From Mantamonas sphyraenae STR306 (lineage: Eukaryota > Protista > CRuMs), in contig JAPMXV010000002.1 of NCBI GenBank assembly GCA_026936335.1, positions 375,803-439,802 on the forward strand: a DNA stretch of 64,000 nt. The letters are read 5' to 3'. The notes under the pieces were generated by a model. That model had not been told where the DNA came from. It ran no database searches and was given only the letters and a program-made list of their open reading frames with translations. The stretch's first letter is position 1. Every line of letters starts with the position of its first letter. The position numbers were made by a program, and so were the translations under genes. Below are positions 24,893-36,683 of the stretch, one piece after another.

Positions 24893-25807
24893 TCACCGCA
24901 ACCACCTCCACACCAGCTCCTTCTCCTGCACCACATTCCAATCCAACCCCCCATGCTCCGCCAATACACACACCACCCCCTCATCCCCAGACAACAACGC
25001 AGCTTCGAGCACGCTCATCCCGGGTGCGTGCGGAGCAGCAAGATCTGCCCCTGCGTCCAGAAGAAGCTGCACACAGGACGCACTGCCCATCCGTGCGGCC
25101 TGCCGTAGTGCACTGTCGCCATTGGCAAAGTGCACCGTCACATCTGCGCCTGCATTCAACAGAGCGCGCACGGTTTGCTCGGACGCCTGCCTTGCCGCCA
25201 GCATGAGCGCCGTGTGGCCACTGAGAGAGCGGTGGTTGACATCGGCGCCTGCGTCGATGAGTACCGAGACACAGTCTGCCTCTGCGCGGTCGGCCGCCTG
25301 GAGTAGGGCTGTGCGTGCGCGGGTGTCGGTCGCGTCGACGTCCGCCCCGCCGTTCACAAGGGCCTGGACACACTGTGGCCACCCACGCTCTGCGGCCCAG
25401 ACGAGAAGAGGCACTGCATCCGGAGTCTGTGCGTTTGGATCAGAGCCTGCGTCCAGGAGGGCGGTGACACACTGTGCGCTTCCGCTCTGCACGGCAATCA
25501 TCATTGCGGTGCGGCCTGTGTCACGGGCCTGGACATCTGCACCCGCACGCAACAGGTGGCCCATGATCTGGTGTTTGTTCCAGGAGGCGGCCATCATGAG
25601 AGGGGTCATGCCGTCGTCGTCGCGTGCGTCGACATTTGCGCCTGCGTCGAGAAGCTCGAGGACAGACAGGACCTTGCCCTTGCGCACAGCCACAGACAAA
25701 GCCGGTTGACCCAACGAGGTGCGTGTGTTTGGATCTGCGCCGGCAGAGATCAGGCGGCGAATGGCGAGGTGGTCGCCGTCGGCCACGGCCTGCAAGAGCG
25801 TGCTCAT
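24893..25807 (-). CDS. Ankyrin-repeat protein (full-length parent of the truncated copies)
   Basis: MSTLLQAVADGDH... followed by about 8 ankyrin repeats (GMTPLMMAA, GRTAMMIAV, GHTALMLAA). Confidence 0.88.
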   Translation of the reverse strand: MSTLLQAVADGDHLAIRRLISAGADPNTRTSLGQPALSVAVRKGKVLSVLELLDAGANVDARDDDGMTPLMMAASWNKHQIMGHLLRAGADVQARDTGRTAMMIAVQSGSAQCVTALLDAGSDPNAQTPDAVPLLVWAAERGWPQCVQALVNGGADVDATDTRARTALLQAADRAEADCVSVLIDAGADVNHRSLSGHTALMLAARQASEQTVRALLNAGADVTVHFANGDSALRQAARMGSASCVQLLLDAGADLAAPHAPGMSVLEAALLSGDEGVVCVLAEHGGLDWNVVQEKELVWRWLR

Positions 25808-25877
25808 TGGGTTGGTGGGGCAGGTGGAGGGTACGTACAGCCTGCATTGGACATGGTGGGCGAGGGCGACGCCGCTG

Positions 25878-27078
25878 CTACCTGCCTGTGCGCAGAGAGA
25901 GGAGAAAGAGAAAGGTGGTGGCGCCGATGGAGGCGACCTCTGCCACGAGCTTGGCGGTGATGGTGAGGCCAAAGAGACGGACGGCAGTGACGCGTCCGCG
26001 TATTGCGTGGGCAATCTCGTGTGCACGGGCGCTGAGGTCTGCGTTTGCACCGGCACGGAGGCCAGCCCAGAGTGAGATGCGCTCGGCGAGGCGTCTCGAG
26101 TGCGTGTCGACCATGGTCATGGGCACCAGCATGACGGGGAGGACGACGAGGAGGACAGCAATGGTGACGACGGTGTTTTGGTCGAGCAGGCCCTGGAGAA
26201 GGACGATGACGAGGAGGTTGACGAGGAGGACGACAAAGTAGGCGACGAGGACGCCGACAGGAGGACCCAGGGCGTCGTTGAAGCGGTGGAGAGAGGCGAG
26301 GATGTCGCAGTGGCGTGTGTTGACGTCACGCAGGGCGTCGCAGGTGGGCGCTTGGAGCCAGGCGTCGACGTGGCGGCGGAGGCGTGCGAGGTCCTCGAGG
26401 ATGGGCAGGAGCCAGATGGCAATGCAGACAGGAACAAAGGCAAGGACCATGTTGTTGTAGAGGAGGACAGAGAGGGTGAGGCAGGCCATCACGAGGCCCA
26501 GAGCAGGGTCGAGGGCGTGCCAGAGGTGGACGTCGACGGTGAGGGTGCCGACGGCGCCTTGGGCATAGGCGAGCAGAGAGGTGATGAGCACAACCACAAT
26601 GGCGAGCTGGACGAGGGCGCCGGCGAGGCAGACGGCGTTGAGCCAGCGCAGGGTGGCCGGGCGGCGGCGGTGCCATTCGCCTTGCACGGCGGCGTGAAGG
26701 ACCCAGGATCGCTGGCGGATAAAGAGGAGGCGGATGAGAAAGGAGACGACATAGGAGAGGAAGCCACTGGTGGCACGCTCGAGGATGCCGCCCGGGTCGC
26801 CGCCGTGCCAGGTGGCGAGGTTGACGGCGTTGATGGCGGCGAGGAGAACGACGAGGGAGGCGACGGCAGCAAAGGCTCGGCCGACGGGACTGGAGGTGTA
26901 GCCTTCGTCGTGGTGAAGCTGGAGCAAGAGGAGGAGGGGAGGCGGAATGCACTGCACGGAGGGCAGGGGGCAGGCGGGCAAAGTCGTCGGTGGGCACAAG
27001 GCCGCCAACAAGGATGGGAGGCGGGGGCGGGGACGGGGAGGAGGGGAGAGACGGGCCCGGAGCAACGGGAGTGCCCAT
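25878..27078 (-). CDS. Multi-pass membrane protein resembling gustatory-receptor-like/7TM ion channel (GRL/DUF3537) family; start uncertain, probable frameshift ~26935
   Basis: About 7 hydrophobic segments; RHCDILASLHRFNDALG before TM5; C-terminal VRLFGLTITAKLVAEVASIGATTFLFLLSL resembles TM7a/b. Confidence 0.55.
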
Positions 27079-27105
27079 GGGTTGATTGTGTTGTGTCGGC
27101 TGGGT

Positions 27106-28525
27106 CTACTTGCCAATGCAAAACTCGCGAAAGATGACGTCGAGGACGTCGTCGACGTCGACGTCGCCTACAATGGCGCCGAGGTCGTCGACGGCGGCGC
27201 GGACGCCCTCTGCGTCGACTTCAATGTCGCCGTAGTCGTGGAGGACGGTGTGGAGAGAGGCAACGGCGTTCTGGAGGTGGTGTCGATGGCGAGCTCGGGT
27301 GACGAGGGCGTCGGGCACGTGGCCGACATGGTGGTGGACGGCGTGGGCCAAGGCGGCGTCGAGGTCGGGCAGGCCGTGGCCAGTGTGGCAGGAGACAGGG
27401 AGGACGTCGAGGCGGTAGTGTGCGTGGAGGGCGCGTGTGGCGGCGTGGAGTGCGTGGGGCTCGAGGAGATCGCGCTTGTTGGCGACGACAAGGCCCGGGG
27501 AGGGAAGGGCGCCGAGCATGGCGGTTGCGTGTGGGTCGATTGGGCGGGAGGCGTCGACGACGTGGACGCACATGTCTGCGGAGCGTGCGAGGTCGATGGT
27601 GCGCTGGACGCCGATCTGCTCGACGGCGTCGTGGGTGGCGCGGAGGCCAGCGGTGTCGCAGAGCTCGACGGCAAAGCCGCCGACGTCCATGGAGACGGCA
27701 ATGACGTCGCGGGTGGTGCCCTCGACGCTGCTGACGATGGCAAGGTCGCGTTGGGCGAGGGCGTTGAGGAGGGAGCTCTTGCCGGCGTTGGGGGGGCCCA
27801 CAATGGCGATGCGGATGCCTCTGCGGATCTGCTCGGCGACGTGGCTGCGCTGGAGGGCCGTGTGCATGTCGTCGGTGACGCGGTGGAGGTGGCGGCGGAC
27901 GTCTGCGTGGAGGTGGTCCTGGAGGTCCTCCTCGTCGCCAAAGTCGATGACGGCCTCGAGGTGGGCGAGGGCGCGGGTGAGGGCGTCGCGCCATGCGTGG
28001 TAGCGGGCCTGTGTGCGGTTGCCCATCTGCTGGAGGGCGAGGGTGCGCTGGCGTGCGGTTTGCGCATCGACGAGATCGCCGACCGCCTCGGCCTGGAGGA
28101 GGTTCATCTTGCGGTTGCGAAAGGCACGCTCTGTGAATTCGCCTGGAGGGGCACAGCGGGGTCAGGCGGGCGGTGGGAGAGAGAGAGAGGCACAGGGCGA
28201 GGGACGTACCGGGCAGGGCCGGGCGGAGGCCGTCGAGGGCGTCGAGGGCATCGAGGGCGGCGTCGACGACGGCGGTGCCGCCGTGGAGGTGCAGCTCGAC
28301 CATGTCCTCGCCCGTGTAGGAGTGGGGCGCCTGGAAGCGGAGGACGAGGGCGTGATCGAGGAGTTGGCCGGAGGTCGGGTGGCGCAGGGTGCGGAGGGAG
28401 GCGAGGCGTGGCTCGGGGAGGGAGGAGGCGAGGGAGAGGAGGGCGTGGTCGGCTCGGGGCCCGCTGATGCGGACGATGGCGACGGAGGCCTTGCCGCGGG
28501 CGGTGGCAAGGGCAAAGATGGTCAT
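27106..28525 (-). CDS. mnmE: tRNA modification GTPase MnmE/GTPBP3/MSS1; intron 28143-28209
   Basis: [31 protein letters not shown]|[34 protein letters not shown]. Confidence 0.95.
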
Positions 28526-28538
28526 TGTGCGGGAGTAA

Positions 28539-29756
28539 TTACAGTGTACATTCGAGCGGGTGGAGGAGGTCGCCGACAAGGTGCATGGAGCCCGTGACGA
28601 GGACGGAGCGGACGTCGGGTGGGAGGGCGTGGACAAGGTGGAGGGCGTGGGCAGGGGAGGCGGCGACGGCGTGGGCGGCGGCAAAGCTGCGGTAGCCGAG
28701 GGCGTGGTTGTGGACGGTGATGGCATGGCGAAAGGGCGGGCGGCGGCGGAGGAGCGGGCGGACGAGGCGGTCGGGGTCGCGGGAGCCCGTGGTGGCAAAG
28801 AGGAGGGCGCAGGGGCCGGGTGTGGCGGCCGAGTCGAACCAGTCGAGGCAGGCGTGGAGGCTCTCTGGGGTGTGGGCGCCGTCGAGGTAAAAGGAGCGGG
28901 GCCCGAGGTCGAGGCGGTGGCTGCGGCCAGGGAGGGTGCAGGTGGCGAGGGCGTGCATGGCGAGGTCGCGGTGAAAGGGGCGGCGGTGCTTGCGGAGAAA
29001 GGCCTCGGCCATGGCGAGGGCAAGGGCGGCGTTGCTGAGCTGGTGGCGGCCGGGTATGCCGAGAGGGGTGCCGTCGGGGAGGGGCTGTACATAGGTGATG
29101 GAGTCGTTGGGGAGCGGGACGGGCTGGGGGACGCTAAAGGCGGCGGTGGCGGGCTTGATGATGGCGGCCTTTTCGCGGGCAATGTGGTGGAGGGTGGGGC
29201 CGAGGATGTCTGTGTGCTCGAGGGAGAGGGCAGAGATGCCGGCGACGTCGGTGTGGTCAAAGACGTTTGTAGAGTCGAGGCGGCCGCCGATGCCGACCTC
29301 GATGACGGCGACGTCGACGGGCCGGTGGAGAAAGGCGTGGAGGGCCATGAGGGTGAGGAAGCGGAAGTACATGGGGCGCGGGGGGGGAGGGCGTGGTAGA
29401 CGTGCCAGAAGAGGTGGTCAAAGTCGGGTTCGGAGAGAGGGGTGTTGTTGAAGCGGATGCGTTCGCGGGGGTGGGTGAGGTGCGGGGAGGTGAAGAGGGC
29501 GGTGGTGAGGTTGTGGGCGCGGAGGATGGCTTCGGTGAAGGCACATGTGGAGCCTTTTCCTTTGGAGCCGGTGATGTGGATGGTGGGGAGGGAGTTTGGG
29601 TTGAGGGAGAGGAGGGAGAGGAGGTGGGGCATGGAGGGGGAGGGGGAGGGGGGTGGGGGAGGAGCGGATGAGGTCGAGGGTTTGTTTGTTGGATTGGAGG
29701 GTGGCGAGGGCGGCGAGGGTGTTGCGGGAGGGGGGGGTGGGGGGTTTGGGGGGCAT
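28539..29756 (-). CDS. FPGS: Folylpolyglutamate synthase (two frameshifts at G homopolymers, ~29640 and ~29385)
   Basis: [75 protein letters not shown] across three frames. Confidence 0.88.
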
Positions 29757-29808
29757 TGGGTTGGGTTGGGTGGGGGTGCGCAAAGTTGGCCAAGGATTTT
29801 TTGAGGAT

Positions 29809-32800
29809 ATGGACGTGGAGGTGGTTGCGGATTCGCAGGTGGTGGCGGATTCGCAGGAGGTGGCGGATTCGCAGGAGGAGGATGAGGAGGTGGGAAATGG
29901 CTGGGAGGAGTTGTTGCGGTGGTGCAGGGAGGATGATGGCATGGAAGTCGAGGAGGTGCCTGTAGAGGAGGAGGATGAGGAATGGGAGGAGGATGAGGAA
30001 TGGGAGGAGGATGAGGAATGGGAGGAGGATGGCATGGAAGTCGAGGAGGTGCCCGTGGAGGAGGAGGAGGAGGAATGGGAGGAGGATGAGGAGGATGAGG
30101 AGGAGGCACTCGGGGACCCTTTCTGGGCGCCGGGGGTGGCAGGTGCATGGATGGCTTCCAGCGGGGAGTTTGAAGTGCTCATGCCGGCCACGTTTGTGGG
30201 GGAGGAGGATGCGCTGGTGAGGAGGAACTTGGGCAAATCGGCTGTCAACAGCTTGGCGAGGAATTTGGTTGGAATTCGCCGTGCCAGTGCAACACGTCTA
30301 GGGAGGGCAAGAGACGGAGATGAGCGGAGAAGGCGGCTCGAGGAGATTCCATGGAGCCAGGTCGAGATGGTGGTTTGGGACACTGGTCATCAGAGTGAGT
30401 TTAGCGTGTGAGGTGGCGCGGGGAAGAGAGTGACGGTGACGGGAGGGCGGTTTTTTTTCCCAGCGTGAATGTGTTGCACGCGAAAACAGCTCGGTGAGAG
30501 GTGAGAGGTGTGAGGGTTGCAGTTGTGCGGTCCCGGCGTGGTGTTTCGCGGGTGTGCGCTGCATGTGAGGCGGTGCATGTGTGCGTTGAGTGTGTGTGGG
30601 GTGCAGGAGGGTGAGGGAGGGGAGTGGGAGAGAAAAGTGTGCATTTTGGCCGAAATTGTGTGTGTGTGAGTGTGGACAGGCCGTGTGGCGGAGGGTGGGG
30701 GTGACAGGGGCCGTGCGGGCCCTTGGTGCTCGCTTGCGGGTGTGCGCTGCATGTGAGGCGGTGCATGCGTGCGTTGAGTGTGTGTGGGGTGCAGGAGGGG
30801 TGAGGGAGGGGAGTGAGAGGGAAAAATGTGCATGGGCCAAAATTGTGTGTGTTGCGCGTGGACAGGCGGTGTGGGCGGTGTGGTGGGGTGACAGGGGCCG
30901 TGCGGGCCCTTGGTGACCGCTTGCGGGTGTGCGCTGCATGTGAGGCGGTGCATGCGTGTGTGTTGGTGACCCAGTGGCCGTGACGTGCGAGCGAGAGGGG
31001 CCGTGGTTTTTTTGGCGCGCAAATTGTCGACAAACTCTCCACTCACACACACACCAGCAACAACCACCAGAACTGGCGCCTCCAGGCTGCCGCAGCACCT
31101 CAGCCTGCAGGAGCAGGCCGATATGCTGCGTGTCCGCATAGGGCGTCGCTGTGAGGACGTGCTTCAGTTGATGCCGGCGATCTCGTGTGCCATCGCCTTG
31201 GCACGCGAGAACTACTGCGACATGGACCACTACCTGGATGGCCACATGCACCATCCGAAGGCGTCTCTTCTCTTCTACAGCCATTGCCTTGGGATAGCAC
31301 GACAGGCAAAGCGAGCGTCATTTGTGAGTTGTTTTTTTTTCAAGCGCATGATCGCGGATGACAACTGACCCCCCCCCCGCCCTTTCTGCTCTTCTCGAAC
31401 ACCAGTCCCCGTTCCGGTTTGCCAATTGCATGTACCATCGACTCGCCACGCTGGCTCTGTTTGACGCTGTCGACAAGGCTTACGTGGACGGGTACGTTCT
31501 GGGAGTGACGTCGCCACCGAATCACGTCGAGGCGGACGAGGTGTGCTTGGAGGTGGTTCAACAGTTGGACCCGCCCGCCGATGTTGCCGATCAGAAGATT
31601 GTGGTGCTGCACAACGACGCGCGGATGCTATCACAGTGTGTGCCGGGACTGATTTCACCAACATCGCTGTCAGTACCCTCAGTTTTGAGGTGCTCGCCGT
31701 TGGGACTGAAGAGGCAACTCACCTCGCACTACATCAGGTCCTGGGTGCCAGAACGGACGCTGTGGTTCCGCAGGGGTACCCAGCCGCGCGTGTCCGGCGA
31801 GAGCTGGATGAAGCGGATGAGCCAGCATCCGCTGCTTGGGCACACATCACGGATCAGTCATGGCGCGAGAGCGTACGTGATGTGGCGAGCTATCGGCGAG
31901 CGTACTGGCTGATGGACGAGCTTGGCATCCAAGGCGAGCCGCGAGACGGCGGGACAATCGCGGAGGTGATGGACGAGCGGGTGGTCAAGTCGACGTTTGA
32001 GGCCGAGCTGCTGCTGTGGCAGGCCTACGAGGCGGATGGCAATCTCAAAATGGCCAACCTGATGCACCAGCTTTGGCTTGTTGGTCTGGAACGCAGCCGT
32101 ATCGCACTTTTCCTGAATGTGAAGATTCGCGCCAATGCCCCCTGTGCACGCGTGCCAACAGGCGCCGGGCTCGCCCTCGCCCTGCACTACGCGCTACACC
32201 TGCTCGACGCACAACTGGGCCAGTCTGTTGTCGTTGCGTTCACGCGCACTTGTCAGAGCGTTTCTCCGCAGAACCCTCTCCTTCTTTTGGACAATCTTCT
32301 GGGTAGCTGCGAACGTGTGCGCGGCCTGCATGGGCCTCACCGGACAGTGTTCGGAGATGATGCTCTCTTCAGCCTGCCGCAGCAGGGGCCCGGGCGTACG
32401 GTGGACGTGCTGCTGGAAAGCAAGCGCAAGGAGATGGTGGCCGACTCCAGGAGATCCCGCGCAGCGCGCAAGAAAGTTTACGGGCCCGTACGAGTAAGGA
32501 GCTGCCCCTTGGCCTTCCCGGCTGAGGTTGAGGAGGAGCAAGAACCGTACGAGGACATTCATGTGGATGAAGTAGCGAGCCAGAGCTCACGACCCGCGCC
32601 GCGGTGAGAAGGGCGGGCTACATCCCATCACGTACCCAACGACCCATTTTCACCAGGCGACGGCATTGGTGTCAAACAGCCACGCAAGGGGCGTCCCGCG
32701 CACGTCCCCGTTCGACGTGTACGCGGAGCGATTGAGCAGATTCTGGATTGGCGTCGCACGCGCAGCGAATTTTGCGGCGTCTGTGGTGCTCGCGAGATTG

Positions 32801-34810
32801 CACGACCTGGGCGACAATGACCCCGCAAGCCTGCTGTCGTTGGTAAGCGATGAGAAAGTGTCGCAGGTCCAGGTGGACAAGCTTGTTGTGGAGGCGCTGG
32901 AAGAGATTGCGCTGGCCGAGGTGCAGCGCCAGCGCGATTCGGGCCAGCTCTTCATTAGCGTCAATGACCAGACGCTGAATTTGCGCGAGGACGACCACGT
33001 GGTGTTTGCAGAGGTCCTGCGGGGTCTGAGGCGGGCGGTGGCTGAGGTGCGTCAGCTCGTCATCGGGGATCTTCTTGGTGCCGTTGGTTCTCAACGCGCC
33101 GCTGTTGCACTTGGCGAGCTCGCCTGCGTGCGCACACACACCATGGAAGCCGTTGCGCGTGCAATAGCCGATGTGCATTGCACGGACGCAGTGGCGCTGT
33201 TGCACGCGTGGCGCAACATCAACATCGAAAGTCGAGTCCCGTTTGGCTCCAGCACACAGCCTGTGGACTTGCAGGTGCACCGCCGCGCCCTGAGGGACCT
33301 TTCGCTGAGCACCGTACAAGGCACGGGCAGAGTCACAGGCGCACAGTTCGGCGCGTTTTTGGATGCGTTGCAGGAGGGATGTGACAACCACTTGCCCCGG
33401 GGACGCAGTGTCCGTGCATCCGTGTCATTCTCGCCGACCTGGATGTTCAAGATGCGCAACGCATTTGTGGCCGCGGCTGAGCATGCATCGCAAACGGTGG
33501 ACGGGGCCAGCGACAACGACGACGTTGAGACGCACATCAACTTGTTGAAAATGCTCTCACGCGAGGAAGACGCCATCCGCATAACCAACGTGCGATTTGC
33601 GAGATACCTGCCTACCTACCTGCGCCTGACCAAGGACATCCTGAGCACCACCAGTGCACACGGCCACCGAGTGGCGCACTATGAAGGCAGGCTCGTTTTC
33701 GTGGAAGAAGTGCGCGGCGGCCAGGCAAAGATTATCAATGGTGGCAATCTCGAGCGCGTGCCCCTGTCTGAGATTAGCCTGGTCAAATTGACGGACGAGT
33801 GGGACATGCCGTTTCACGCGCTGCTCGCACTGCCCCAATTGTCGACACTTCCACCGCACGTGCTCGGTCGCCTCTCTGGAACCATTCAGGTGTGTCGGTC
33901 CAAGACGGGGGCTGTGTTTGCACAGCGCAACCATCTTGGTCAGTACCTCCTCGGTAAGTCTCACGACCGCGCCTGCCGGCAGGGGAGCGTGCAGATCAGT
34001 GAGATTTTCGCCCCAACATTGCCCTTGTCCGCCGGTGCGCCTGCATTGGAACGCCTTCACGCCGTCGCTGCGGCCCATGCCACACATCGTGGCGGCCACG
34101 CAGCTGCGGAGGACGTGTGCAATCGACGCGTACGAGGCGTGATCAAGGAGTCGTGGGTGGCAGAGGGGAGGCTGCGGCGCAAGCAATTGGAAGGGACCCT
34201 CTTTGTTGCCTTGAACCAGTCGCGCGGACGGTTCTTCTGGCTCGAGGACGGGGCTGCAATGGCCGCATGTCTCCCATTGCATACTCCGTACGCCTACCAC
34301 CGGATGCTGGGCTCACACCGGCTTGCAGACGCCGTGAAAAGCCTCGGGGCAAATGATGCAGAGGTGGAGGAGCGCTGGAGCATGCACACGCGCTTGCGGC
34401 ATCTGCGTGCTGACCACATTCGCATGGCAGCGCACGACCTGCGTCGCAAACTGGGGCTTCACAACGTGCTCTTTGTGATGCTGGACGAAGCCGGACGGAA
34501 GGGGGCAGCGGAGGTGATGACGCGTGACCACATTGCCCTCCATGAGCGCGTGCTGCTGCTGAGGAGCAACCCAGATTTTACTCGTCTGCACTCACGCTGT
34601 GGGCAGGAGCTCGTCGGCAGGGGCAGACGGAAGCACGACCGCTGTGGGCGATGCCATGGGCGGAAAGGCTTTGTGAATGAGGGTGGGAGGCTGTTGGCGG
34701 CGCTGCAGCTGGAGCCGGACAAGCAGCACGTCACGTGTGCGCAGAACAAGATGGAGTGGATGTTTGCGCACACGATGGATGTGCTGGGCGTGGAGTGCCA
34801 CTGGGAGTGA
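29809..34810 (+). CDS. Large hypothetical protein with acidic N-terminus; introns 30395-31057, 31324-31405 and one ending at 32656 (donor 32494 or 32604); frameshift ~31620
   Basis: Phase-compatible GTGAGT...CAG introns join the track ORFs 29653-30411, 30985-31368, 31358-31912, 31543-32607 and 32666-34810; no recognisable domain. Confidence 0.55.
30548..30960. repeat. ~188-bp tandem repeat (about 2.2 copies) inside a predicted intron
   Basis: GCGGGTGTGCGCTGCATGTGAGGCGGTGCATG at 30548, 30736 and 30923. Confidence 0.85.
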
Positions 34811-35322
34811 GGAAGGGAGGGGTGGTGAAGGATTCACGGCATGGGATGTTGTTTCTGGTGCACCGTTCGCGGTTGCTGCCATAGGACTTCTGTAGGACCT
34901 CAACTCTTACATGCATGAATGTACACCATTTCCCCATATGCAGTCTCCATGTGTCGATGTGTGTGTCTGTGGGGGGGGGGGGGGGGGTTTGGGCCAATTT
35001 TCTGGACCCACCTTCTCGGTGTCCTTCCCATCACCCATCACCTCATCCGACAACATCACTCCTCACAAACATCACCTCCTCATCTCCCCGTTCAACCCTA
35101 ATCACCAACGCCGCCCTCCCTCGCCCGACGCCACCGCTGCGCACTTGCAGCACCTGCATACACCTGTTCATGGCCTGCGCTCTCCCCAGAGCCTCAGCGT
35201 CTGCAGCGCTCCATTCACCCACCACCTCGCCGAGCATGATCCTCTTCTTCAACAGCACCCATGCAACCGCAACAATCGTCAACAATCGTGAACGAGCCAC
35301 GCATCCCTCCAACCAATAGAAC

Positions 35323-36683
35323 ATGACCTTCAAGCACGACATCATTTGGGAGGTACTTCTGCGACAAGGCGATCACATGGAAATCTGTGCTGCAGTGGAC
35401 GCATCAGGAGAGGTATGTGCATCACGGGGACTGCCGTCAACCTCATTTCGCTCACACCCGGCCATCCATACAGGAACTGAGCCTCCTCAACGAACCCATC
35501 GGGGCACGCGGAGCAATGGCGTTGGCGCCGGCGCTCAACTCCACGGTCAAGAGACTCTCTCTGTGCTCGTGTGGCATCGGATCCAGCGCAGCAGCAGCGC
35601 TGGCCACCGCCCTCGCCACAAACACCACCCTAGAGACGATAGGCTTGGCCTACAACACCGTTGGGGACGCAGGAGCCGCTGCGCTAGCCAGTGCGCTCAC
35701 TCACAACTGCACCCTGCACACATTGTCCCTCTATGGAAACGTGGTTGGGCCCAAAGGCGCTGGGGCCCTCGCAGCCGCCCTCTCCCACAACACCACCTTG
35801 TACATGCTGAACCTGGGCAGCAACAGAGTTTGGGGACGAGGGTGCCCTGGCATTGGCCAGTGCACTGGGCAAGGGAGCGTCCTTGGCGGTTCTCGCGCTT
35901 GGGGCAAACGCAGTCGGGGCCAACGGCGCCGCCGCACTGTGCACATGCACAAAGCTCGTGGAATTGGACCTGCAATGCAATAATCTGGGTACTGAAGGAG
36001 CAGCTGCGGTGGCCAACGCGCTGCAAGAGAGCCACGGCGTGGCAGAGCTGGACCTGGGCCGAAACAGGATCGATGACGACGGCGCGGCCGCACTCGCCAC
36101 AGCTCTACGCCACAACGGAGCCATACAGTCGCTCTACCTTGCGTACAACGGCATTGGAGACGTTGGCGCAGCGGCGTTAGCGGATGCGCTGCAAGTGAAT
36201 CGGTCATGCTGTGAGATTGAGGGGATTCCGCAAGAGCTGGTGGAAGCGGCTTTGGCGCGGAATCGGGTCCAGGGAGCGCAGTTTGTCGAGAGTGCTGCGT
36301 GCGGGGACGTGGAGACCATGGAGCGGTTGCGTCGGTTGGGCGTACCTGTGGACACTGCCGCAGGAGGGACCAGCGCACTGGCGGCGGCGGTGGAAGCGCG
36401 CCAGGATGACGTTGTGTGTGTGCTGAGGGAATGGAACGCGAGGGCGTGCGAGGAGGCCGTGGCTATGGTGAGGAAGGCAGGGTGGAGGAGGGCGTGGCAC
36501 TGGATTGGGGCCGCGGGCAGGGAGGGCGACCAAGCGATGGAGTTGGCACTGGTGATGAACAGCGAAGAGAGGGAGGCGATGTTTGATGCAGGAGGCATGG
36601 ATCGATATGTGCCCACTGCGTGCTGGATGACGCTTCCGGACGAGGTGTTGGAACGCGTGCTGCGCTGGGTTGGAACCAATTGA
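35323..36683 (+). CDS. LRR(~9)-ankyrin protein with C-terminal F-box-like tail; intron 35413-35473; frameshift ~35830
   Basis: Exon 1 WEVLLRQGDHMEICAAVDASGE|GTATGT; LRRs; tail WMTLPDEVLERVLRWVG. Confidence 0.8.

Larger units (their letters stand above)
9605..25608. repeat. Tandem triplication of an [LRR-kinase + ankyrin 3' part] unit, periods 5331, 5949 and 4717 bp
   Basis: GGGGTCA boundary at 9605, 14936, 20885 and 25602; intergenic and kinase sequences near-identical between units. Confidence 0.9.
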
